A stretch of 64,000 nt of DNA from Octopus vulgaris (GCA_951406725.2 OX597831.1:79050001-79114000), one strand, 5' to 3'; shown: positions 1 to 13,591, counted from the first letter of the stretch. The notes: generated from the sequence alone by a model not told the origin. Numbers and translations are program-made.

Positions 1-384
1 TGGTGTAGCATTTGCAAGAAAATATCAGTAATATTTTTTTAAATATCCTTAAAAATATATTCTTTTTACCCATTTTACTTTAGCTTTTCACGTTATTTCA
101 AATAGCTTCTGGAAGTATATTTTTTGGCTACTTACGTCTGCTCTTGCCAAGGTCGATGTATTATTTTCAAATTCGTTCATTCATCTTTTCCTTTCATTTT
201 TACTAAATCATGTTTTGTCAAGAAAACAAATTTTTTTAAGATCTTAAACTTTTTTTTTTTTCATTTCCTACGTTTTTATTGTGTTTTTTTTTTTTTTCGT
301 TCTCCATTGAGTTTCAATTATTCAATTATGGTGAGGGGAACGGAACGGAAGTCGTATGTAGTATTTGTAAATTCACTGTCTATG

Positions 385-393
385 GTGGTGGCT

Positions 394-424
<31 letters not shown>

Positions 425-724
425 GAGGAGGAGGAGGAGGAGGAGGAGGAGAAAAATAAGAAAAAGGAGAAGAAAAAGGTGAAGAATAAGTAGAAGTAGA
501 AGAAAAAGAAGAAGAAGAAGATGAAGAACAAGAAGAAGAAGAAGAAGAAGAAGAAAAAGGAGGAGAAAAAGAAGAAGAAGAAGACGAAGAAGAAGACAAG
601 AAGAAGAAGAAGGAGAAGTTATCAACAGCTGCATTTACAGTAGTGAGAGTAGCAGTGATAGGAACACCATTAGGAGTTGGTGCACTAGTAGTAGTAGTAG
701 TAGCAGCAGCAGCAGCAGCAGCAA

Positions 725-757
<33 letters not shown>

Positions 758-950
758 AACTGGTGTTGGTGGTTGTGTTGATAGCTGATGTGTTGCCGGA
801 TTTTGTACTGGTGGTGGATGTGGCTGTAGTGGTGGTGGGGTTTGGGGTGATGGTGGTTGTGGCGATGGTGGTGGTGGTGGTGGTATTGGTGCTAGTGGTG
901 GTGTTTAGGGTGTTGTTGTTACTGCCGTTGTTGTTGCTATTGTTGGTTTA
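385..950. repeat. Compound trinucleotide microsatellite block (GTA/GGA/GAA/GCA/GGT/GTT)
   Basis: Directly visible low-complexity tracts; the overlapping ORFs are homopolymeric artefacts. Confidence 0.95.
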
Positions 951-1289
951 TTAAAAGACTTCTTTCGAAAAATGGTAACGACGACGGCGAAGAATTGTAA
1001 GATTGTTCCAGAAAATAATTGGTTGGAGTAGATTGAAATACTTAAACACACAACTTAAAAGACACACATGCACACGCACACACACACACACACATACACA
1101 TATGCACATGCACTCATATGTACAAACATGTGAAGAAGTAGAAGTAAGAAAGGAGCAGAAAGAGAAGAAGGAGGAGGCGGGGAACTATTTATGTATAAAC
1201 ATCTATTGAAGGTTTTAATAGCGGCACAACAATGGCTGGATGGCTCTTCCTTAAATATCTTCCGGAATTGGATGGTAAAAAATACATGC

Positions 1290-1322
<33 letters not shown>

Positions 1323-1323
1323 A

Positions 1324-1382
<59 letters not shown>

Positions 1383-1617
1383 ATATATAAACATATATAT
1401 ACCTAGACATGTATATATAGATATAGATATATAATGGTTTGTTGTTAGGTAAATAATATATAGATAATATATATGTATATGTATAGATATATATATACAT
1501 ATATATATTTATATATATATGTATATACATATATATATATATATTTACATATACATATATATATATACATATATACAATATGTTTGCGAACGTATATATA
1601 CATATGTATGTTTGTGC

Positions 1618-1664
<47 letters not shown>

Positions 1665-2309
1665 TACATACATATGTATATATACGTTCGCAAACATATT
1701 AAAGCGATGTCAAAAACAGATAACGATGTGTAGGTGTTGGTGAGGTGGTATGAGAGATGGGTTAAGAAAGATTAAAAAATAACTACAGGGCAGAGAGAGA
1801 GAGAGAGAGAGACAGACAGAAAAATAGAAAGAGAGCGAGGGAGGGAGAGAGAGAGAGAGAACTAACAGAATATTTGGGAAGATATGTTTAAATTTTTCCG
1901 CCATTATAAATATGTAAATAGTGAGAGGGGGGGTGAGAGACAAAGAAGCAATATATATATATTTATATTCAATGGCAACAACAACAACAGTAAAAAAGTG
2001 GGCAAGTATAACAGCTTTAAAACAACTTTATTAATAACAACAACGACAATTAGCGAAGCAGCAGGAAGAGCTGGAGCAGCGAGGGACAATGGAATAGGGC
2101 AATGAGAATGACAACAGCAACCGGTAGACATTTTAAAACAACCGACGCCACAATCACAATGGCCGCAACCAACAAAATCCTGAAATACGTCAGCTTGCTG
2201 AAGAGCCTCTTGGTGATTGTTTCATTTGCTAGAAATAGCAGCTAAATTTCTGTAAAAGCATTTATAGGAAAGTGATATACGTTTTGCCTCTAAAAAACAT
2301 CATGTTGTC

Positions 2310-2560
2310 ATACAGTTCTATATTTTAGAGATGAGGAATTATGTAGATCATTTACATTATTTATGGGCATATGGCATAGTGGTTAAGAGCACGGGCTATT
2401 AACCCCAAGATTCCGAGTTCGAATCCAGGCAGCAACCTGAATAATAATAATAATAATAATGATGGTAATAATGATAATAATAACACCGAAAACTACCTTA
2501 GGAATGAGAACCCAGGTTCGAAATTTCCCCAAGACACCTGACGGTGTGTTAACAACAAGT
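2310..2560 (+). mobile_element. tRNA-headed SINE-like element with (AAT)n spacer and Penelope-type tail; hammerhead core deleted in this copy
   Basis: Head 2365-2437 has an A box (TGGCATAGTGG) and B box (GAGTTCGAATCC). (AAT)n at 2440-2482. Tail TTAGGAATGAGAACCCAGGTTCGAAATTTCCCCAAGACACCTGA..GTGTTAACAAC matches the minus-strand copy at 43295-43487, which retains the HHR. Confidence 0.75.
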
Positions 2561-2759
2561 TCCTTATTTCATAGACCGTGAGAGAATAAAAGACGATGTC
2601 GACCCTGGTGGCATTTGAACTCAGAACGCAAAGTCGGAAGATATACCATTAAGCAATTTTTTTGGTGTGGTTGTGATTCTGCCAGTCTTCTCCATCCGCA
2701 TCCATTCCCCGTCGGCTTACGCAAATATTTTTTCGATCTTATAATAATATATTTGGGGA

Positions 2760-3070
2760 GGCGCAGTGGCCCAGTGGTTAGGGCAGCGAACTCGCGGTTG
2801 TAGGATCGCGGTTTCGATTCCCAGACCGGGCGTTGTGAGTGTTTATTGAGCGAAAGCACCTAAAGCTCCACAAGGCTCCGGCAGGGGTTGGTGGCGATTC
2901 CTGCTGTACTCTTTCGTCACAACTTTATTTCACTCTTTCTTCTGTTGGCCTGCTCGCTTACCCAGCGGGGTGGCGTCATTTGAAAGGCTAAAAACAATGC
3001 GAAGTGCATTGTGACCAGTGATGTGTAGCAACATCTGATAGCCTGGTCGGTCATAGTGATCACAGTGATA
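2760..3070 (+). mobile_element. tRNA-derived SINE, family A
   Basis: Head GGCGCAGTGGCCCAGTGGTTAGGGCAGCG...GGTTTCGATTCCC; homologous copies at 3797 and 37072-37392. Confidence 0.85.
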
Positions 3071-3084
3071 ATAATATATTCAAA

Positions 3085-3177
3085 GAGTGGCTGTGTGGTA
3101 TGTAGCTTGCTTACCAACCACATGGTTGCAAGGTCAGTCCCACAGCGTGGCACCTTGGGCAAGTATCTTCTACTATA
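3085..3177 (+). mobile_element. SINE family B, 5' fragment
   Basis: GTGGCTGTGTGGTA...GGCACCTTGGGCAAGT matches the full copy at 7212. Confidence 0.8.
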
Positions 3178-3796
3178 TAATCTGATTGGCAGGTAAGTAT
3201 TTTGTTCGTGTTTATGTGCATTGACCTGGTTATATTACACTGATGACAGGAAAAGGCGATTACTCCTTAATCTTGAAATCAATTGCTATATAATTTGAAC
3301 AGTTTCATGAATCTGTATCGTTTATTTGCACGAGTACGACGAGTGTTCTTTTAATGGTGATATATGTTAGGCAGTTTTCAGACATTGGCGTCTCTTTCTA
3401 GCATGTTAAGCGACTCGTATACGAATCTGTTTGCCCCTGATATAATTTTAGATATATATTAAAGAAGTGATTTTTTAAAATTCTCACACGCAGGATAATG
3501 CTAATAATATAGCCTAAACTACCCCTATTTTGCAAAAAAAAGTGTTGGCGACCGGCTATGGGACAGGAACTCACACCCTAGTGCTATGTAATAATCATAA
3601 TTTACACGAGATATTTTAAAAATCACACGTTGGATATGCAACTAGAGGAAGTCATGTGACGATATTTTGGCAAATTAAGCTCCACTCTTCAAGAAAATAT
3701 TGGCAAATGAGAGACAAAGGTGATATTGACAACATTTGAATGTCAAAGCCGTAAAATTTAACACAACACATTTAATCTGACAACAACAGCAGTGGA

Positions 3797-3990
3797 CGCG
3801 CAATGGCCCAGTGGTTAGGGCAGCGGACTCGCGGTCGGAGGATCGCGGTTTCGATTCCCAGATCAGGCGTTGTGTGTATTTATTGAGCGAAAACACCTAA
3901 AGCTCCACGAGGCTCCGGCAGGGGGTGATGCCGAGCCCTGCTGTACTCTTTCGCTCCAAATTTCTCTCACTCTTTCTTCCTGTTTCTTGT
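3797..3990 (+). mobile_element. tRNA-derived SINE family A, 3'-truncated
   Basis: Near-identical to 2760-2945. Confidence 0.85.
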
Positions 3991-4189
3991 CTTCCTACGC
4001 AGCCTGGATGCGCATTCATACATCCGTCGATGCTCTCGGTGTCGGGAGTTGACCTGCTTTCTCTTCTGCGGGTCTCACGAATAGCAAAGGACCACGTATC
4101 GAACTTCTCTCACTCTGAAACGAAGACCGCTTCGCTCAACAAACAAACAGCAATAACACACATCTATACGAACAATAAAAATTAAAATC

Positions 4190-5175
4190 AGATTCAAATT
4201 TTGGCACCAGGCCAGCAATTTCAAGGGCGGATGTAAGGTGGTTACATCAACTCCAGTGTTACTTTTGTTTTTACCGACCCCGAAAGGATGAAAGGTAAAG
4301 TCGACAGCGGGGGAATTCGAACTCAGAATGCAAAGAGAGACGAAATGCTCCAAAGAATTTTTCCCGCGGTGCTAACGATTCTGCCGGCCTTCCGCCTTTC
4401 CATAAAAATTAATATTGGCTTCAAATTTTGGCAAAAGGCCAGCAATTACAGGAATGGGGGAGGAAGACAATTACGCTTACCCCCTCCCCCCGGTTCCCAA
4501 ATGATAAGTCTTTTATCGTCTTCGACCGGATAAAAAGCAAAGTCCACCTCCGTAGCATTTGAACCGGTAAGCAGTTTGCTCCGCGCAGTAACCATTCTTT
4601 TCTATTCTAGACACGAGGCCTGAAATTTCAGGGGAGGGCGCAGTCGATTAGATCATCCCCATTACGCAACTGGTACTTAATTTATCGATCCCGAAAGGAT
4701 GAAAGCAAAGTCGACCTCGGAGGAATTTGAACTCAGAACATAAAGACAGACGAAATACCTATTTCTTTACTACCCACAAGGGCTAAACATAGAGGGGACA
4801 AACAAGGAAAGACAAAGGGATTAGGTCGATTACATAAATCCCAGTGCGTAACTGGTACTTAATTTATCGACCCCGAAAGGATTAAAGGCAAAGTCGACCA
4901 TGGCGGAATTTGAACTCAGAACGTTAAGACAGACGAAATACCTATTTCTTTACTACCCACATGGTGCTAAACACAGAGAGGACAAACATGGAAAGAGAAT
5001 TGGATTAAGTCGATTACATGGACTCCAGTGCGTAACTGGTACTCAATTTATCAACCTCGAAAGGATGAAAAGCAAAGTCGACCTCGGCGGAATTTGAACT
5101 CAGAACGTAACAGCAGACGAAATACGGCTACGCATTTCGCCCGGCGCGCTGACGCTTCCGCCAGCTCGCCGCCTT
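4190..5175 (-). mobile_element. Tandem/nested cluster of family C SINEs (Nin/Deu-like central domain)
   Basis: Minus strand repeatedly reads (G)CTTTCATCCTTTCG(G)GGTCGATAAATTAAGTACCAG, with units near 4672, 4853 and 5038 (about 180 bp period). Head AGGCGGCGAGCTGGCGGAAGCG lies at the right end. Confidence 0.8.
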
Positions 5176-5572
5176 CCCATAAATATTAATGATGACACAA
5201 CAACACCAACAAGAACAATAACAAAGGCAAATACAGAAACAAATCTTGTTTTTTAATAATCGATATTTTTTTCTTAAAATCTCTAAGTCGACAACGAAAT
5301 AAACGCGAGGAGTAAATTGATTCATTGTATTAAAAAAGAAAGCTGAGAGATAAAACTACAAAGATGAGAAGCATTTTAGTAAAAGATGTGACTTGTTTGA
5401 AATATGAATTACTTGTGTACTGGAAAAATTACTGATAATAATAATAGTAATAATAATAATATTAAAAAGAAGATTAAAATAGAAATAATAGGAACAAAAG
5501 ACAAAAGACAGGGGAGAAAAAATGCATTGTAAATTGAATATGTATAGTAAATACAAGAACATAGAGACATAC

Positions 5573-5621
<49 letters not shown>

Positions 5622-5869
5622 GTAATATATATATATATATTACATATATTCATATGTACATATATATATAAATATACATATAATTTATTTATAATATATA
5701 TATATATATACATATATACACACACACATACACTCACACACACACACATACATATACATATTTACGCGTGTGGGTGATGCATATACATATGCATATGTGT
5801 GAGTTTCAGTGTGTATATATCTGGGCATGTGCATGCGTGTTTATGTGTATGAGTGTGTGTGTGTGTGTT

Positions 5870-5906
<37 letters not shown>

Positions 5907-6631
5907 TGAGAGTGTGCACGTTAAAACTTTGGTGATTAATCTACACAGCATTGATATTTTGCTCATCTGTGCTTGAATCCAGTAAACATTTGATGGCGAT
6001 GGTGTGTATAAGTTCTCACTTCCTAAACGTTGCATATATTTCCTTAAAAAGTGCCGGGTAATTCATAATTACATATACACGCACACACACACACTCACAC
6101 ACACATATATATATATATATATGCTTATATATATACATACAATGTGTGTGTGTTTGTGTGACTGTGTACGTACATATATTAATAGAAGTGGTGAAAGGTG
6201 CTACGAATGGCGGTAAGAAACAATGAAACGAGGGGAAAAACATATCAGTGCAATTTATACTGTTTGATAATTGAGTTTCAAAAAAACACAACAGCGAAAT
6301 CACAGCAGAAATATTTGCGTGAGTTATTAATGGTGTATTTTTCTCACACACACACAAGCACACACACACAAATATGCTCGCGCACACACATACACACACA
6401 CACACATACAAAGCTTTTAATGTATATATTATAGATATGCTTATATGTACGATAATATAGATAGATAGATAGATAGATAGAAAGATACATACATACATAC
6501 ATGTATATGTATATATACATATGTATTTGAACATATAAAGGTGTGTGTGTGTGTGTGTAAATATATATATAGATATATATATATAGATGTATGTATGTAT
6601 GTATATATATATATATATATATATATAGATG

Positions 6632-6671
<40 letters not shown>

Positions 6672-6773
6672 CATACATACATACATATATATTGGTATGC
6701 ATGTGTCTATGTGTATGAATGAACGTATTTATCTATACATGGACAAATCAATATCTATCTCTCTACCTATCAT

Positions 6774-6814
<41 letters not shown>

Positions 6815-6824
6815 TATATATATA

Positions 6825-6879
<55 letters not shown>

Positions 6880-7051
6880 ATATATATATATATATATATA
6901 TACAAATACATACACACACATACACACACAAAAACACACACACACATACACTCACACACATATGGATAGGCATATAAGTATGACTATTGATTATACAGAC
7001 ATACACACACATATACATACATATGTACACAAGTTTATATGTATGTACACT

Positions 7052-7089
<38 letters not shown>

Positions 7090-7211
7090 CTCAACGTGTT
7101 ACTGCTACAATCTGAAATAGAACAATTACTATTTGTTTGTATCATCGCGTGAAATATTACAATTGCCACAGAAAAATCCTATGGGTACCGAAATTATTTT
7201 AAATTCTACAA

Positions 7212-7376
7212 GGCGTAGCAGTGGCTGTGTGGTAAGTAGCTTGCTTACCAACCACATGGTCCCGGATTCAGTCCCACTGCGTGGCACCTTGGGCAAAGTT
7301 CTTCTACTATAGCCTCGGGTCAACCAAATCCTTGTGAGTGGATTTGGTAGACGGAAACTGTAAGAAGCCCGTCGTA

Positions 7377-7439
<63 letters not shown>

Positions 7440-7650
7440 ATGTTTGTGTGTGTGTGTTTGTGACCCCAACATCGCTTGATAACCGATGGTAGTGTGTTTA
7501 CGTCCCCATAACTTAGCGGTTCGGTAAAAGATATCGATAGAATAAGCACTAGGCTTACAAAGAATAAGTCCTGGGGTCGAATTGCTCGACTAAAGGCGGT
7601 GCTCCAGCATGGCCGCAGTGAAAATGAGTGAAACAAGTAAAAGAGTAAGG
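7212..7650 (+). mobile_element. Full-length SINE family B (CORE-like ACCTTGGGCAA segment, internal (TA)n(TG)n)
   Basis: tRNA-like head, CORE-like motif and 3' tail GGCGGTGCTCCAGCATGGCCGCAG; more than 10 homologous copies in the window. Confidence 0.9.
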
Positions 7651-7853
7651 AGTTACATTTTGTTGGGTTTTTTTCGGCAACATATCTCTATTGGCGACAT
7701 TAAATCATTACATACATAAATCTTAACCCCGTTATAGAAATAACCTTTACATTAATAAAAGAATTAACGATTATGCAAATATATCTTTTATTTTTATCAT
7801 TGTTGTTTGCTTCAAAAGAAAATCACTGAGTTATTTATTGATGAATATATATC

Positions 7854-8382
7854 GATGTTTTTGATCTAGTTTGGATTATTTTCAATCAAATTTAAATTTT
7901 TCAATTGGTGCTCAAGCCTTGAAAAAGAAAGGAGTTAAAGTACATCAGCCGTAAGGGAATACATGCCTATCTTATCTAACTCGTCCAGTTGAGCCCACCA
8001 ATTGATATCTGAAAAGTTCAATGAAATAACTCATGAACACTGCCACAAAAGATGTTTCAACATATTTACTTCGTCGACCGGTTTGAACAAGGGGAGATAA
8101 TAAATAAAAAAGAATAATTCGTCTATTATCTCCCCTGGTTCAGACCAGTTGATGACGTAAATATGTTGAAGCATCTTTTGGTCGAAGCTATCTCAGTGTT
8201 CATGAGTTATTTCATTGAACTTTTTAGATATCAGTTAGTGGGCTCTACTGGACGAGTTAGATAAGATAGGCATGTATTCCCTTACGGCTGATGTACTTTA
8301 ACTCCTTTCTTTTTCAAGGCTTGAGCACCAATTGAAAAATTTAAATTTGATTGAAAAGAGTCCAAATTAGATCGAAAACATC
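7854..8382. repeat. Long inverted repeat (arms about 250 bp, 21-nt loop)
   Basis: 7854-8102 is the reverse complement of 8124-8382. For example GGTGCTCAAGCCTTGAAAAAGAAAGGAGTTAAAGTACATCAGCCGTAAGGGAATACATGCC has its exact complement in the right arm. Confidence 0.95.
8143..8183 (+). ncRNA. Degenerate type I hammerhead-like motif
   Basis: GACCAG-TTGATGA-CGTAAATATGTT-GAAG-CATC-TT-TTGGTC. Stem I has 6 bp. The left-arm copy keeps GAAA. Stem III is poor. Confidence 0.4.
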
Positions 8383-8389
8383 TATAATA

Positions 8390-9540
8390 GAACAAGAGGG
8401 AGAAATAACTTTCGTTATGGGACCCTAAATTGTCGAGAACCTGGTGGTTTTGTCACTGTGATGGGCTTTTGCAGTGCATTCAGCATGTTTGCCTGATCGC
8501 CCAACCCTGTCATGGATCAATGTTACCACAGATCAATTCGTGATAAGCGTAACACGGCTCACAATTAGTGTACTGTATTATCACGGATCAGTGGTGAATG
8601 TATCCTGATAAACGAAGACAGATCTATAATGAAAATAGTTTTTATGTATAAATTCTCTTGGTATACAACTCGACAAACGCAGCCGTTATTCGTAACCCTT
8701 ACTACTGAAGGTCGAAAGCTATCAGGGTAGTAAAGATCTCCAATTTTCCTACCTATGCAGAGATCATGCAATTTTTCCAAATTTGCTCAGATCTTGTCAT
8801 ATATTTGAAACTTGATTAATGCATGATATTTAAAACAAAAAACGAATCAGGTTATTGTAGCCAACTGTGCTTGTCTTGGGTTCATATGAATTCTTAGTGG
8901 AATTCTTCGGGTAACTGCACCGGGTCGTTTCGGATCGTCATGCCCCTCTTAGATAGGAATCTCTCTCATACAAGCAGTACTCGCTCCAGCTAACCTGACG
9001 AAATAAATCTATCGCAGGCAACCGACAAGAAAAAAGGAAAGTCCTGATGATGTCATAATTACAGTCGGATATATTTGCCTTATACAATAAGGTTAGAGAA
9101 CATGAAGACGAATCCTGATAAATGTCAAACATAGCTATATCGTCCAATAAACACATCGTAATCAAAATCTCAAGAATACGAGGGTCTACAGTCACAGGGT
9201 CGCAACTATTTGGCGACTAAGAAATGAACAACAGTAACAATGCATCTTCCATGAGCGTATTTCTAAGACGGCGCCAATGAACAGGTGATTATCGGGTGGG
9301 ATTCTGAGACCGTTGAGAATTAGAGAAGGGAAAATCATTTGGTCCTAAGGAAGATGTTTCTGCTTAGCCATCTCAATGTTTTGACCTCCAACGGTCACCA
9401 AACAGAGTCAAACTGACGAGGAATCTGGAGGCAATCCGACACTGTTAGGCTATGAAAATGTCTCCATGCAACAGATGAACAACTGGGAGAAAGGCTAAAA
9501 GGAAGAAGGGTTTCGATCTGGAAGGAAGGTACTAAAGACT
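8390..9540 (-). pseudogene. Possible highly degenerate DIRS-like retroelement remnant (tyrosine recombinase region)
   Basis: Non-microsatellite sequence. A minus-strand frame reads SFIRIHSPLIRDNTVH*L*AVLRLSRID, resembling the DIRS YR segment ISFxKPHxPVSxDTIxRWxxxVLxxSGID; upstream RLPAIDLF resembles DIRS PxIDLFA. Recognised by eye only. Confidence 0.35.
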
Positions 9541-9959
9541 TGCAATGATATACATACATAAACACGTACACACATACATACACATACACTCACATACACA
9601 CACAATTGCACGTGCATATACACACACACACACACACATACACACAGGCACATGGAAGATCCAGGAGCATCAAGCGCCAACGTTTGGCTCTAGATGTGAT
9701 GGTATTTAGTTTAATCCGTAAGTTGTTATCCAAGAATATCACTAATCCTTGATTTCGCATTAAGAGGAATCGGCTGATATTAAAAGAGCTAGGATTCCAA
9801 TCTGAGTTTTTCGCCCGGCGTGCTAACCATTCTGCCAGCTCGCCGCTTTTCTTCTATGGGCACCGAAGTGTAGGCGATCATGTCCTACTACAAATCTCTG
9901 GCCCATTTCCTGATGTTTAATACCTTGACTTCAAGTATCCAAGCTTTGCATCCTTATCA

Positions 9960-10500
9960 TCCTTCTTCTTCATCTGCTTCTTTCCCCATCAATTTTCCCT
10001 GTCATCGCTAAATTCTCCAGATCCTCTTTTCACATCAATTGACCAAGAAATCTCAGTTGTTTCGCTCTTATCTCACAAAGCAGTTTCCTATTCCCTGCAG
10101 GCGGGGTCATCACATCTTAATTAGACACTTTGTATATCTATGCTAACTTCAGTATTATCCTTAAGAAGTTAACAGTTCTTTAATCACCTTCACATTTCTG
10201 ATGTTACTGGACATAGGTCACTTTCATACATTAACACAGGGTAGACATAGCAGATCAGTATATGGATCTTGGTCTGAACGCTCAGAGAATGGTTTCTTAA
10301 GATGTTATACAACTTTGAGAATGCAGGTTTTGCCAGCACTATTCGTCTTTTCCTCTCCTTCACGCATCTTGTGACTTTTGCGATAAAAGTCCTAAAGCAG
10401 TTGAAGAATGAGACCAGCTTAAGGATTTGATTGTTTCCTCTCAGCATTCAATTGGAGCTTCTCGTTTTTGTGGCCACCACACACTCGGACTTCGTGCTAA
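9960..10500 (-). mobile_element. RTE-clade LINE RT C-terminal remnant
   Basis: Minus-strand peptides RRIVLAKPAFSKLYNILRNHSLSVQTKIHILICYVYPVLMYESD and QLRFLGQLM*KEDLENLAMTGK match RTE motifs (YVxPVLxYGxE; LRFLGH; TGK). Confidence 0.7.
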
Positions 10501-10807
10501 AAGCTATTGTATTTGAGATTTCTGGCAAACCCATGTGTCGACAAGAAACAGGGAGAAAGGAAACGTAATTGCTTTAAAACAAAAAAAAAACCCACACGGG
10601 GGAAAGGCGTGGAAAGATATACGATGAAATAATATTCCAGCTAAGAGAAAACTAAGGTCGTTGCTGTAGCCTGACCACAGCAACGGGTTCGAATATGGCA
10701 CAGACATAACGGAACTGAGAAGGAATACTGGAGAAATTATTATTGATGAATGTGTCTGTATCTATATGTATATATATGCATGTATATATATGTGTGTGTA
10801 CGCATGC

Positions 10808-10843
<36 letters not shown>

Positions 10844-10863
10844 GCATATATATATAAATACAC

Positions 10864-10925
<62 letters not shown>

Positions 10926-10963
10926 ATGTAAAGAGAGGAGAGAGTTAGATACCCACACATATA

Positions 10964-11011
<48 letters not shown>

Positions 11012-11136
11012 TATATATATATCCATATGTCTCTACATATATCTATATATATATACATATTATATATTCATGTGTGTGTACGTGTGTATGTCTCACTCTA
11101 CGTATTATTTACATAGGCATAGATGTGTACATGTAT

Positions 11137-11240
<104 letters not shown>

Positions 11241-11258
11241 GTAGATATATGTGTGCGA

Positions 11259-11295
<37 letters not shown>

Positions 11296-11668
11296 TACAT
11301 GTAATGTACACACAAACATACATTAAGATATATATATATATAACTATGCTTTTGTGCCTTAATTTGAATAGCATATATATATTAATACCACCGACACAAT
11401 TCTTTCTGGAAACTCTGTATAAAGGGCATGAGAAGCAATTAATCAGAAGAGGTGATGGGCTTTTTCTCTAATAGGGCGCAAGAGTGACAAGAATACAGAG
11501 CAAACAAACAACCCCAAAAGGAAACAAACATAAAAATGATGCAAACTGTATTGTGTCTGATTCATTTAAATGGAAAATATGACGACTCTCTTCCTTCATG
11601 TTTGTTTTTTAAACATGTGGATGTTTACATACACAAACACACATGCACACGAGCACAAACATACACGC

Positions 11669-11706
<38 letters not shown>

Positions 11707-12153
11707 ATTTATGCACGTTTATATGTTTGTGTGCGTTTCTGCGTATGTAGTAAGTATGTGTGCATATTACATATTGCATGTTATAAGTTATATATATAGA
11801 GAGAGTCCATATTTTCTGTTGCCCCCATGGATATCAGATATATAATAGTACTCCCTCGTAGTGAGACATATTGTTGGTAGCAATTACTAAAATTGTTCAT
11901 GCTGTGCCTATTGTTGTTTTCGCAGATGATGATGATGATGATAATGATGATTAAAATAATGATGATGATATGGAAGTATTTTCGTCAATGAATGTTGTGC
12001 TTCGAACATTTGGTAGCCTCCCCTATATATATATATATACATATATATACATACATCCACTTTCAGTTAGATGTAGGCCATTGTTTTATTGTTAGTTTAT
12101 ATACAAAATAAATATATAAATACATATACATATATATATATACATTTGTATAC

Positions 12154-12204
<51 letters not shown>

Positions 12205-12318
12205 TATACGTATAAAATACATATACATATATATTTATATATATACATATATATGCATACATACATATACCATACATATATATATATGGGTGTAAATGCA
12301 TGCCTGTGAATGTGTAAT

Positions 12319-12365
<47 letters not shown>

Positions 12366-12931
12366 AAAATATATATATTATATATAAATATTTGCATATG
12401 TATGTATATATTATATATAATATATAAATGTAAGATATAAAAAGTTCTTGTTTTGTATCTATTTCCATTCTAATATTCTTATATTTGATAAAAGAAATTT
12501 TCTTTTCATCAAATACCAAAAACGTAATAAGACAAATAACCTCGAATCACTTCCACAAAACGCAGATACATAAATGCATCTCATAAACACACTTACAAGT
12601 TAAGCATAATTTCAAAAAAAAAACGCGAAATCATGCACGAAAATACGAACAACTGTGATGCGGGAAAGTATTGTGTTAAAATTATTAATTTGAAAAGGAG
12701 AAAAAAAAACGTAAGAAATATATAATATAATAAAAGATAATTATCAAATATGCCAGTAAAATATATAACTTGTCTTTTAATAGTGTGTGTATGTTAGGGT
12801 CGAAATCTTTAAAATGTTTATGTAATTATATATAAATATGCGAATATGTTGGGTGTTTTTTTCCCCATTTTTCTTTTCGTGTTTGTGCGATAGTAGGAAC
12901 GGAAACTCTTGTGTGTGTGATTGTGTGTGTC

Positions 12932-12977
<46 letters not shown>

Positions 12978-13072
12978 CGTGCGTGTGTGTCTATGGATGT
13001 GGATGCGTGAGTTTAAATGTGTATATATAGATACAGAGAGAAATAAATAGATAGTTAGATAGGTAGATAGAC

Positions 13073-13111
<39 letters not shown>

Positions 13112-13143
13112 CTATTAGACAGACAGGTATGTATATATATATA

Positions 13144-13280
<137 letters not shown>

Positions 13281-13591
13281 TTGATAGCGTTATAAATAAA
13301 TAGATAATCGTAAATACAAAATAAAACTGAGTGCAGATTTACGAATACAACTTAGTAACGATGCGTAAATAAAAGCGTATTTAAGTTGCGAATCCGTTGA
13401 AGCGTTTCTCTGTTTTTTGTGGCATATCTACCATTTATACAGACAAACCTATGTGTGTGCGTGTGTGTGTGTATGTGTGTGTAGTTAGGTAATTATTTAG
13501 GTGTATTTGCATACATCTACCTGCAAAGTCATTTATATGTACAGTAACATTTGCAATTATATATGTAAGTTTCTGTTTATATAACTATCTA

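Noticed and set aside
2365-2437. Functional tRNA gene
   Set aside because: The acceptor stem is poor, there is no T-run terminator, and it is continuous with a repeat body; it is a SINE head. The same applies to the heads at 2760, 3797 and 45370-45442.
4040-4100. HDV-like ribozyme
   Set aside because: Only a simple GACCTGC/GCGGGTC hairpin; I could not build the nested double pseudoknot.
4590-5175. CRISPR-like array
   Set aside because: The units are about 180-bp SINE pieces with homologous rather than unique spacers, in a eukaryotic context with no cas genes.
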